A stretch of 64,000 nucleotides of DNA from Stegostoma tigrinum (lineage: Eukaryota), in NCBI RefSeq assembly GCF_030684315.1, contig NC_081380.1, positions 27,091,951-27,155,950 on the forward strand. The letters are read 5' to 3'. Made by a program: the position numbers and the translations under genes. The notes under the pieces were generated by a model, which had not been told where the DNA came from, made no database searches, and was given only the letters and a program-made list of their open reading frames with translations. Below are positions 40,842 to 52,217 of the stretch, one piece after another. Each line of letters begins with the position of its first letter. Position 1 is the stretch's first letter.

Positions 40842-40873
40842 ACTGGCTTCACGAAGAACTGTAAAATATTTCA

Positions 40874-40879
40874 ATTAAA
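40874..40879 (+). terminator. Candidate polyadenylation signal of RPL23A
   Basis: ATTAAA 33 nt after the stop codon, followed by T/GT-rich sequence. Confidence 0.6.
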
Positions 40880-41173
40880 AATTTTTAAAAGTTCTTTTGG
40901 TAGTTTACAGTTGAGTTTTTCCTTTTGGTTACTTGGAAAAATCTTATTAAATGCTCAGTGTTTTTTGATCAAAGACTGTTTATTCTAACATTACCAATTT
41001 TTAAAAAATGTACGTACTGTTGCATCTGTTTTGATCCTGCATCTGGTGATTCACTGCTGCAACTTCTGTTTGCTGCCGAACCCTTCTCTTGTGCTGTTGT
41101 AGCTTCCAACTCTTTGCTCCTATTTTCCAGCCTGTCTAAGCTTCCATCTTATTCAAACTGGTGATGTATTCTG

Positions 41174-41296
41174 AGATAGTAGGAACTGCTGATGCTGAAG
41201 TCAGATAACAAGGTGTGGAGCTGGATGAACACAGCAGGCCAGGCAGCATCAGAGGAGCAGGAAAACTGATGTTTTGGGTCTGGACCCTTCTTCAGT
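41174..41296 (-). mobile_element. Single-arm PLE pseudo-LTR fragment (family C)
   Basis: Matches the 45957 arm; ends just past the hammerhead position; TGTATTCTG flanks both sides. Confidence 0.7.
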
Positions 41297-42751
41297 GGTG
41301 TCTGTATTCTGGTGTTAATGCAGTAATTGTCAGATTATGTTTACTGTCATTTAGAACTTCCTTGTGGCTAAAGCCCTTCATTACCTCAGTTACCTAATTT
41401 CTGTAAACTTCTCAACTCGATATCACTTCCCTTTAAGTTACATCTCATGCCTTGTGTGCATTACTTTTAGTCGAACCACGTAAACGTGTTTAATATTGCA
41501 GTGGCCCATGCTCTGCCTAAGCATCTCTTCATTAACACTAATTCACTGAACCAGGCTTTCATTCATGTGTCCTAATTAGACACTGACCAAAGTAATATTC
41601 TTAAGGATAAGAAATGTGTGTTTGGCAGAATTCTGACTTTTAAGATCATAGAACACCATCTTTTGGGGGTGGGTGGACAAAACCTGATCTCTGGATGGGC
41701 TGTCATTGGCTGAGCACCTGTTTTTAAAACCTGCCAATTCTGACTTGGCTTTGACTGGCTTTCAGTGATCAGGAAATACCACAGTTCATTTGGGGAGCCT
41801 GGGAATGCTGTCCTGTGCTGGCCTGTTATCCTGATGCAGTCTCTACTGTAGGAATTGCCACCAATGGCACAAGATAGCTGGATCTTCTCACTTGGCGCTA
41901 TTACTGATTATTATGACTGATATTGTGACTCCCCAATCACAGGAGGGAAAAGACCCTGTCCGTAGTCTTGGGCCACATTCCACCCTCAAGCATCCAGTGA
42001 TTAGAAGCTGCATCTTCTGGCTTGCAAATTTTGGGCTACCAGACCCTGAACTCCAACCCCTGGCAAGAAGATGCTTTCCCCTCCCCAGCATTGTAGATCC
42101 AAATGTTGACGAAGGATGATCCAGCCACTTGATGCTTGAAGTGATCCTGTGAGGAACCAAGTCTGAGCAAAGTTCAAAAATCTTGGTCTTGGGGGATGGA
42201 AAAGGGACCAGTTGGAGAAATGGGTGGAGGAGAAAGGATCCAGTTAAAATGTGACAATGGAAGAGAAGGACTTAATTGAATCTTTTGACATTTTGGAATA
42301 TGAAGAGTTTCTGAATCCTGCATGAATACAAAGTATTTCAAACATCAATACATATAGATGATAATTTGCTAATTTAATAACAAAGTTACTACATGGTGTT
42401 CATTTACAATTTTCCGTCAAGATATATGGGCATTGGCAAACTAATCTTAGCCAATCCCTAAATGCTGTTTGAGGTTATGATGAGTTAAAATGAGGTTGTA
42501 TTGAAGGATAGGATAGTTTATATGACCTCAATTTACATTTGCAGCAGGGTCATAATCAGTCAATATGTATAACACACCTTGTACACTAACGGCATTGAAT
42601 GCTGATTGATTTCCTATAAATGTATCAACCCATGGTCTTGATGTTCACTGCAGGTAAACAAAAGGACTAATTTTCTGCACATTGAAACTACTTATATTTT
42701 GCTATAGAACAAAAGTATTTTAATGATGATTGGCCTGTTAATCCAGAGACC

Positions 42752-44947
42752 CAGTGGAGCTTGAGGTGGGAGGAAGGACAGGTTAGGGAGGTGGGGATGA
42801 GCTGGGCTGGTTTTGGGAGGTGGTAGGGGGACTTTGAAGCTTGTGCCCTGGTTGACTCATTGTCTCCACCTGCTCCTGCCCCACCAAACTTATCTCCACC
42901 TATATGGACTCCATTTTCTCTCCCTTGGTCCAGGAACACCTTACCTACGTCCATAACACCACCCACGCGCTCCAGAACTATCAATTTTCCAGCCCCCAAC
43001 ACCTCATCTTTACCATGGACATCCATTCCCTATATATCTGCATTCCCCATACCAATGGCCTAAAGGTCCTCGGCTTCTTTCTGTTCAGCAGGCCCAACCA
43101 CTGACACCCTTGTCCGCTTAGCCGAACTCGTCCTCCCCCCTCAACAACTTCTCTTGATTACTCCAACTTCCTACAGACAAAAAGGGTGGCGATGGGTACC
43201 TGCATAGGCTCAAGCTATGCCTGCCCCTTTGTAGGTTATGTGGAACAATCCCTCTTCCATACCTACACTGGCCCTAAGCCCCACCTCTTTCTCCATTACA
43301 TTGATGACTGTATCAGGGCTGCCTCATGCTCCCATGAGGTGCTTGAACAGTTCATCCACTTCACCAACACCTTCCACCCCAACCTCAAGTTCACCTGGAC
43401 TATCTCTATCAAATCCCTCACTTTCCTGGACCTCTTGTCTCCGTCAACCACCTGGAAACCAATAGCCATTTCAAGCCCTCCGACTCCCACAGCTACCTAA
43501 AATACACCTCCTTCCCACCCACCTTCTTGCAAAAATGCCATCCCCTATTCCCAATTCCTTTGCCTCCGCTGCATCTGCTCCCAGGATGAGGCATTCCACT
43601 CCCGTGTATCTCAGATGTCCTTGTTTTTCAAGGACTGCAACTTCCTGCCCTCTGGTCGAGAACACCATCGACTGTGTCTCCCACATTTTCTGCAACTCAT
43701 CCCTCAAAACCCCTCCCTGCAATAAAAACCAAAACAAAATCCCCCTCATCCTCACATACCACCCCACCAACCTCCGGATCCAACACATCAGCCTCTGACA
43801 CATAGAACATTACAGCACAGTACAGGCTCTTCGGCCGTCGATGTTGTGCCGATCTGACATACCGATTTCAAGCCCATCTAACCTACAGTATTCCATGTAT
43901 GTCCATCTTCCGCCATCTGCAATCCGACCCCACCACCAAAGACATTTTTCCCTCCCCACCCTTATCTGCCTTCCGGAAAGCCCACTCTCTCCATGATTCC
44001 CTTGTCCGTTCCACACTCCCCTCCAGCCCCGCCACTTCCGGCACTTTTCCCTACAACTGCAGGAAGTGCTACACCTGCACCTATGCCTCCTCCCAGGCAC
44101 CAAGAAGACTTTCCACATCAGGCTGATGTTCACCTGCACATCTGCTAACGTGGTATGCTGTATCTGCTTTACCTGTTGTGTCCTCCTCTACATTGGGTAT
44201 CCCAAGCAGAGGCTTGGGGACCGCTTTGCAGAACACCTACGCTTGGTTTGCACTAAACAACTGCACCTCCCAGATAACAAAGTGTGAAGCTGAATGAACA
44301 CAGCAGGCCAAGCAGCGTCTGAGGAGCACAAAAGCTGGCGTTTCGGGCCTAGACCCTTGCACCTCCCAGTTGCGAACCACTTCAATTCTCCCTCCCATTC
44401 CGTCGACGACATGTCCATCCTGGGCCTCCTGCAGTGCCACAACGATGCTACTCGAAGGTTGCAGGAACAGCACCTCATATTCCGTTTGGGAACCCTGCAG
44501 CCCAATAGTATCCATGTGGATTTCACAAGCTTCAAAATCTCGCCTCCCCCCACTGCATCCCAAAACCAGCCCAGCCTGTCTCCGCCTCCCTAACCTGTTC
44601 TTCCTCTCACCTATCCCCTCCTCCCACCTCAAGCCGCACCTCCATTTCCTACCTACTAACCTCATCCTGCCCCCTTGACCTGTCCCCTCCCTACCTCCCC
44701 ATCTACACTCACCTTTACTGGCTCCATCCCCGCCTGTTTAACTTGTCTGTCTCCTCTCTACCTATCTTCTCTTCTGCCAACCTCCCCCTCTCTCCCTATT
44801 TATTTCAGAACCCCCTTCCCCTTCCCCCATTTCTGAGGAAGGGTCTCGGTCTGAAATGTCAGCTTTCCTGCTCGGTCCTGCTGTGTTCATCCAGTTTCAC
44901 ACCTTGTTATCTCGGATTCTCCAGTATCTGCGGTTTCTCCTATCTCT
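42752..44947 (+). mobile_element. Penelope-like retroelement (probably Neptune clade), 5'-truncated with inverted 5' piece; RT plus GIY-YIG, frameshifted
   Basis: IVSTCSCPT, LIFTMDIHSLY, AMGT.IG.SYAC.F, HYIDDCI, C..CYTC linker, FTCTSANVV..I.....LYIG and a 3' pseudo-LTR. 42752-42860 is an inverted copy of the 3' region. Confidence 0.92.
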
Positions 44948-45289
44948 GCAGTATCCTAGCCGGGGTAAAGGAAACGGGAAGCTTGGTGGTGTTAATTGTA
45001 CCTCGGTTTTTAACCCGTTCATCAGTAGTGCCCGTACACAAACTGCGGGGGGGAGCGCCGAATCCTTTCCTGAGCAGAGCTCAAAATGGGTTACAGCTAA
45101 AGTGGGACGTGTCACTGTAGGCAGGGCCTGCATCTCAACACCTTCAAGGAGGAAAATATAGAACCAAGCCAAAAGAGGTTTAGAAAATGTCAAATCTGAA
45201 GGCGTCAGTAATTTTGTTTTGGGGGGGGGAGGGGACTCAAAATCTGAACCGAACTAAAGTGCAGCGAGAAAGCAACACAAAAGAGAGCG

Positions 45290-45600
45290 ACCGAGACCGC
45301 GACCACATGGACGGCGTTTGGAGGAGCAGGGTGTCAGGAGCGTGATTTCCGGTTCCGGTTTGGGCTGGTTGCTAGGTAACCAGGGCCTGGTGCGGAGGAG
45401 GGGGAGAGTAATGGTGGAGACTGTCACGTCGCTGCAGACAGCGTGCGCCTCCTTGCCCCTAGCTGCTGGCTCTAATTTATGGTACTGTCTCTGAGAGAGG
45501 CCCCGGTCAGCAACCGGAGGACGGGCTTGGTCAAACCTCAAGGTCTGGGTGGATGAACTAAACTGTTCCCTAAACTCCACAAGCATTTAAATAGTAAGTT
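45290..45600 (+). promoter_or_regulatory. MRM1: CpG-rich promoter / putative non-coding first exon of MRM1
   Basis: Tandem ETS/GABPA sites TTCCGGTTCCGG (45347-45358), RFX X-box GTTGCTAGGTAAC (45368-45380), candidate donors at 45376 (gtaacc) and 45594 (gtaagt). Nearest CpG-rich block upstream of the MRM1 ATG. Confidence 0.65.
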
Positions 45601-45956
45601 CGGGCCTTTGAATTTTACTGCATGCTTACCGTTTTTATCGCCAATGATAAGGTGCTTTGCTGTCCCGTGTTGTGTAAAACGCCAGATTTTCCACACAGAC
45701 AGTGCTAAGTGTTGTTGCAACGCAGTGGTAGTGTTCCCACCTCTGAGCCAGGAATCCTGGGTTCACGTTCTGCATGCTCCTGAGTTGATCAGAAAACATC
45801 TCAAAATCAAGGTCAGGGTACACTGGGAAAGTGGGGTTCCAGGACGATTAACATTTTGTTTGAATAATAGCGGGAGTCTGGGGGACAGGCAGTGAAAGGC
45901 CATGTGTTGATGTCTGCAGGATTTATCCAGCCAAAGTTGGCAACTCTGTTATAATA

Positions 45957-46166
45957 GAGATAATGGGAACTGCAGATGCTGGAGATTCCAAGATAATAAA
46001 ATGTGAGGCTGGATGAACACAGCAGGCCAAGCAGCATCTCAGGAGCACAAAAGCTGACGTTTCGGGCCATCAGAGCTCTGATGAAGGGTCTAGGCCCGAA
46101 ACGTCAGCTTTTGTGCTCCTGAGATGCTGCTTGGCCTGCTGTGTTCATCCAGCCTCACATTTTATT
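45957..46166. mobile_element. Young fold-back PLE pseudo-LTR mini-insertion (family C)
   Basis: Near-perfect inverted arms of about 75 bp; perfect 15-bp target duplication AACTCTGTTATAATA (45942-45956, 46167-46181). Confidence 0.9.
46072..46111 (+). ncRNA. Minimal type I hammerhead ribozyme motif
   Basis: agagcu-CUGAUGA-A-GGGUC-ua-GGCCC-GAAAC-GUC-agcuuu; predicted cleavage after 46105. Confidence 0.78.
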
Positions 46167-46519
46167 AACTCTGTTATAATAAATGTTTTAAGAGACATTG
46201 TCTAGCAAATGAACTGTGGGTGACAACAAGCTAGTGACAGCTCTGTTGTGATGTGATCAGTGGTTTCAGGAAGAAAAACAGAGTTTGGCATAGATTTCCT
46301 GTCCCACAGGCCCAGTTTATACTTGAGAAAAGTGGGAAAATCAGGACATTTGACAAAATTATCAGGACACTTCATGAAAAACCAGCACAGTCCTGGCAGA
46401 AGCACACTTAGGCCTTTGTGTTATCTGCGGTTGGCGGATGCCCTCTTCATGTCACACGTGAAGCAAGATGATAAGCTCTAGTACCCCATTTCCCCAGAGC
46501 TCTGATCTCGGATCTCCAG

Positions 46520-47393
46520 ATTTTACAAAAATTGGTGGGGTGGATGAGGACAGCCTTAGGTTGCAGGAAGATATAGACAAGCTAATCAGTGAAAAACAGA
46601 ATTCAGTCAGGATAAATGTGAGGTCTTTCACGTGGACAGGACAAACAAGGCAAAGGGATATATGATGAATTGTTGGACTCTAGTAAGTACCAAGGATCAG
46701 AAGGACCTTAGAGAATGTGTATATACACCGATCCCTGAATGTATTAGGATAAGTGGATAAAGCGGTTAAGAAGGTGTTTGGTATACTGCCTTTATTACCC
46801 AAGGCGTAGAGTTTTAAGAGTAGGGAGATTATGCCGGAACTCTGGAAAACTAGATCTAGAATTTGCGTGCATTTCTGGAATGAATGTTAAGTGGAGGAAT
46901 ATGAGGCACTGGTTTAGAGGGGATTTACCAAAATGTTGCTTGGGCTGAAGAGTTTCAGTTATGAAAAGAGATTGGATTGACTGGACTTGTTTTCTTTGGA
47001 GCAGAGAAGATTGAGGGGAGATATCATTGAGATTTATAAAATTTTGAAGTGCTTATATAGGATAGATAGAATCTTTTCTCCTTGATGCAGGAGCCATTGA
47101 CCAGGGCATAGTTTTAAAGTAAGGGGCAGTAGGTTTAGAGGAGATGTGAGGAAATTTTTTTTTCACCCAGAGGGTGGTGGGAATCTGGAGTTCGCTGCCT
47201 GTAAGTATGGTAGGGGCAAAACCCTCATAACATTTAAGAAGTATTTAGACGTACACTTGTGATGCCAAAACAAACAAGGCTATGAGCCAAGTGTTCGAAA
47301 ATGGGATTGGAATAGTTAGGTGGTTGTTTTTGACTGACACGGATGCAGTGGATTATAGGGACTTTTTCTGTCCTGTAGGTCTCTGTGACTCTA
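46520..47393 (+). mobile_element. CR1 LINE 3' portion
   Basis: TKIGGVDEDSLRLQEDIDKL, downstream CR1 C-terminal motifs and tail. Confidence 0.8.
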
Positions 47394-49716
47394 GAACTTA
47401 ACTTTTAATACCTCCCACATCTGCACCTACCTTTCTTTACAGCACTAAAATGACCCTGATCAAATTCAAAAGATATTATCTAGTTGTTGCTGTACTGCGT
47501 ACATTATCTCTTCCTGTTCTTTTTAACCTCTCTTCAGCCTTTGAATTAGTGCATCATCAATTCATCAACTGCCATTACTTACTTGCAATTTTGCCCATTT
47601 AATTGTAGGTGGAGAATCTCCTGTAATGGTTTCTCTGCCTACACCCACACTCTTTCTCTGGAGTTTGCTGTGAATCTAGCTCTCATTTTCCTCATCTACA
47701 TTCCTTTGGTGACATTATACAAATGCAAGAGGTCAATTTCCAACTATACATTGGTGCCACACAGCTCTACCTAACCTCCACCTCCCTGCGAACCTTGCAC
47801 TCCCTCTTTGTTTTCAGACAGATAGGCCATAATTTTCTCCAACATCTGGAAAAGTCAAAGCCATTGTTTTAAACTTGCCTCTTTACCTGAACTGCGTTCC
47901 ATCAATGGTAATTCCATCTTCCTTTCTGAGCATTTTCTCACTGAGCCAGACTATTCAGCGTCTGTCTGGCATGCCTGGACCCCGATTTCCACAACAAGGA
48001 AAACCTTGTCGAATCTTGGGAACATCACTAGTTGCTCTCTCTGCCGCCTCAGCTATTTTGCAGCTGACAATACTGCCTTTGAGTCTGTCCCATCTTAACT
48101 GCATCTGTTCTTGAGTCACCTTCAGTTGTTTGAATTCCCAGCCATTTTAAAAATAAAATTAAAACAGCCTGCCTGTGTCACTGAGAAGTAAAAAAGAACT
48201 ATGCAAAAGAAATTAATTTATTTAAATTCCAAGGCTTTTTAAAAAGAAAATGGTTCTAGATGTTTGTTGACAGTACCAGAAAGTGTGTTATTATGCCATT
48301 ACTAATCTTAGGTTGTGAAAAGCAATCCATCATTATCTGAACTGGCAAGGGATGATAAGTGACCCGGTGCTGGTTAGGATGCACGGATTAACGTTTAACT
48401 GGTAGGCCATCACATTGTTTGGGGTCATGGCTGTCAATGGAAAGTGGTTGGCGGGGTTGATAAGAGATGAGGGCTAAAGTGTTTAAAATTAAAGGAAAAA
48501 TCTTAGCATCCCAGACAACTCAGATGGGCCTTTTAAATACCCCACTTTCAGACTCAATAGTCCTTATGACCACCTGTAATCTACTTCTGGGGCAGTGGGC
48601 TTGAATCTGTTGAATACCTGCACCGGCCTTCAATCCCTAGACTTAAAGTCAGGTCTGTCAAGAAGATAGACCCTCTTGCATCAGCCTTGGCAATGACAAC
48701 ACTTCCCAAAGAGGTTTGAAAAGTGTTATGGATGGATATTTGTGTGGGCATGAAGGTAGTAAGTGGACCTTAACTTGGGGAAGCTTGAGATTATTGACTT
48801 TTGTGAGATGCATGAACGTATGTTCTCTGGAGTTTAGAGGATTGTGAGGTGACCTCAATTAAATATACAAAAGTTTGCGTGGTTTTCATGGTGCAGTGTC
48901 TGGAAATAGAGTGCATAGTCTTGGTATAGAGTTTCCCATTTAGGGTGGGGCAGTATTTACTCAAATGGTTGTGAATTATAGGAATTTCCTACCCCAGTGA
49001 TCTGTGGATGCTTAGTCATTGAGCATATTTACAATGAAAGCAGTAGATTTTTGGATGCAAGAGATCAATGGATAAATGGATCAGGTGGGAAAGGAGCTTG
49101 TGGCTGAAGATCAACAGTGATTTTATTAAATGGCAGAGCAGATTGAAGTGGCTGATGTTTGCTCCTGATCCTGTTTAGTGTTTTCTAATGATGCATTGTT
49201 ATTCATATTTGGATTCTACACCCTCTTCTTTCTACTCTGAACGTCCCCACTCCCAACAACTCTGTTGAATGTTAGTATGCCCTGACTGCTTACTGGAGGG
49301 CAATGCCCGAGTGCCCGTTGCTTTCTAGTACCTTCTGGTTGCTACTTCATGTGACAGCCTAGTCAATATTTGAAGGATGTTTCACTTTTGCAGGCATCGT
49401 ACCCAAAGCAAGATTCTATCCTCACTGAATATTCACGCACTGTATATATTGGGTAGCACCAAGCACTAAATTGTGCCGCAAATGGTAGCTAGCCATTTTA
49501 CCCATCCCAGCTAAGGTACCTGAGTCAACTTGCTACATCGTAACTACTGGTTGAATTGAATTATCTGTAGAGACAGTGAGTCAAACCTTGGGCCTTCTAG
49601 CTCGTATGATTTGAGTACTATGTTTAGTGGTGCATTTACTTGCTGGACTGTCACTATTCTTTCCACGAAGAGTATTTCTGTATAGTGGTTTGATTAAAAC
49701 AATTTGCTGTTGACAG

Positions 49717-50651
49717 ATGGAGTTTTTAAAACAGGCAGCAATGTCATCTGTTATGTCAAATGAAGCTGCCAGGTGCCTGAGGAGGAGTCTCTGGCAGTTT
49801 TCCTGGTTACAGTTTGTTCGTCGTTGTAGCTGCAAGAGGGAAATATCCAACGACAGTGCATCAGTCAAACAGAAGCTCACAGTTAAATCTGAGAAGGCAT
49901 CAAATTCAAGTAAGATCCATGGACACGACTTCAATAAGGCAGAACTGGATGTTAAAGGTAATGCAAAGAGATTAACTGAGCTCCCAGAGAGCTTGCACAG
50001 GTCTGCTGCATTGAAAAAGGTAAGAAGACCAGCAATGAATCTTTCCACTGGAACTTCAAGAAAACAAGATGATGCTAGTTTTGTCTGGCAGTCTCAGAAC
50101 CCTTCCAAAGTCATACATACACAATCAAGCTTGAAACCTAGTCATGTCCGCAACTTGGAATTTCACAACCTGAGAAATGATGATTTTACAAAAAGAACAG
50201 TGCCAAAAATTTCTCCATTGACTGAAAGAGAGTCTCATTCAGAGATGTTGTTTGGCATTGCACCTTGTAACCTGGCCCTTTCCCAATTGCGTAGAAAGAT
50301 TTTCAGACTGTTTGTTAAAGAAAATCGAAGACAGCGAGCTGAAATACAGCAAATCTATCAGCGAGTCAAGGAAATTGGAGTGCCAGTACATCAGGTGATG
50401 AGGAAGGTGCTTGACAGGTTAAGTGGGAACCATGTTCACCAAGGTATTTGTCTTGAGGTGACACCTCTGGACTATGTGAACTATGATCAATGCTCTTCAA
50501 CAGATATTGATGGTTCTGAATTTGAACGCAGTGACAAACCGATCTTGTGGCTGGCACTGGAAGAAATCCAGGATCCCATGAACATGGGAGCTGTGCTTCG
50601 TTCTGCTTACTTTCTTGGAGCAGATCTTGTTCTTGTAAGTCAGCAAAAAAG
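49717..50651 (+). CDS. MRM1: rRNA methyltransferase 1, mitochondrial (SpoU/TrmH family), first coding exon
   Basis: 312-aa ORF with EMLFGIAPC, HQGICLEV and SPOUT motif 1 LALEEIQDPMNMGAVLRSAYFLG; phase-2 donor AG|gtaact. Confidence 0.93.
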
Positions 50652-50958
50652 GTAACTATGAACCCCTTGTATTTTAAATTAACATTGATTGGCTTTGAGC
50701 GTAATATGTTTTAAATAGCTGTTTATCATAATCTGTAAAATATATTGGCATTTAAATATTGTCACAAATGTATATGAAAACCAAACATTAATAAATTAAA
50801 TTATTGTTCAATTGGGTGATAGAAGTGTAAAGCTTTAGTGCCAGGAGGAATGATAATCATGCAAATGGATCCTCAGTTTTTGACATCTGTGCAGTTCATT
50901 GCGTTGTCGTGAAAGGACCTGAATAAAAGTTAAATAAAGAGTATTTTAAAAACATATC

Positions 50959-51146
50959 AGGTCTGGCACTGTCTGTAAAGGAGAAAACAGAGTTAACGTT
51001 TTGGGTCCAGTGACCCTTCCTTGGGTCCTCGCTGGACCTGAAACGTTGACTCTGTTATCTCCATCACAGATGCTGCCAGACCTGCTGAGCCCTTCCAGCA
51101 ACTTTTGATTTTGTTCTTGATTTACAGCATCCGCAGTTCTTTTGGT
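50959..51146. mobile_element. Fold-back PLE pseudo-LTR mini-insertion (family B)
   Basis: Inverted arms meet near 51020; target duplication TTTTAAAAAC(A/G)TATC at 50944-50958 and 51147-51161. Confidence 0.8.
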
Positions 51147-51342
51147 TTTTAAAAACGTATCTGTTGATCTTGGAATAGGGTACGATGAGTTATAATTATT
51201 TACTCAGTATCTGTAGTACTTTTACCACAAGAATAGCTGTTTGAAAGAAAACAGACATATAGTTCTTCTATAAATTGTACAAATAACCTCATTGATTTTT
51301 GATATACGTGTTGTAAATGCTGTGTCTGCTCTCTCTCAATTG

Positions 51343-51359
51343 TCCAGCAGGTGGCACTC
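51343..51359 (+). promoter_or_regulatory. CTCF consensus motif
   Basis: TCCAGCAGGTGGCACTC. Confidence 0.6.
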
Positions 51360-52217
51360 AAACTCAGTTCATTAAGTAAGAAAGGCTTCTTCACCAACCC
51401 CCTTTGCAGACTGGACTAGTTAAAGCTATTTAAAGAATACTGGCACGACTGTTTGTCAAGGCGGCATTTTCCCACTTTAGGGGTGCCCAAGAATGCTTTG
51501 TAGCAGTGGGGTCAGAGAAACAATTTTCTTTGTCATTGAAAATCGACAAATAAATTAGGACGAAAATTGTTTTTGAATTTGAGTTCTCAGTGCTGGTCTA
51601 AAATCTGTCTGCATGAATGACATTTTTTTGTGTTGACTAGGTGTTAGTAGAAAAAATTAAATTGGTGAAGACATTTTGAAATGATAGACCTGTATGAATC
51701 ACAGTAATGTCAGCAACTGATAGTGTTTTATTTAAACCCTGTCCACATGTTACTGATTGATAGATCATTTATTGAAAATATTTTTAGCAGATTATAATAC
51801 TCAGAATGAACATAATAATCTGTTAAAAATATTTTCAATAAATTTATTTTGACATGTTGCATTGTTATATTTTAATTTGCATTGTGATATAACCAGTGTT
51901 GGTCTCAATAGGAGACAGATTTATGGCATAAACTGTATAAAATCTGTTCCCCTGAAGTGTTGGGCCAGTAATTTTGAACTTGTTGTATTGATCCATTTAC
52001 TGTTAACTAAGTGGCAATTGTTCTCAGTGAAGGTACTCATTCTTCTGGGTTTGAAAGCTGTAGACTCAAGTTCCACTGCAGGACTTGACCACATCAGCTG
52101 GAAAGCCATTTCAGTGCATTATGGAGGGAATACCACAGTATTAGAAATGTTATATCTTTGATCAAATGTAAAACTGAGGCATCACTGACATGGAAAATTT
52201 CATACTGCCTTTTAAGA

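Noticed and set aside
41888-42160. ORFs between RPL23A and MRM1 as possible TLCD1 exons
   Set aside because: No transmembrane TLC-domain character and no convincing splice sites.
45957-46166. Fold-back elements read as DNA-transposon MITEs or pre-miRNAs
   Set aside because: Arms are asymmetric, duplication lengths vary (9-15 bp), and the sequence matches the terminal repeat of the RT-encoding PLEs in this window.
49581-50048. 155-aa minus-strand ORF
   Set aside because: Antisense shadow of the large MRM1 exon; no recognisable domain.
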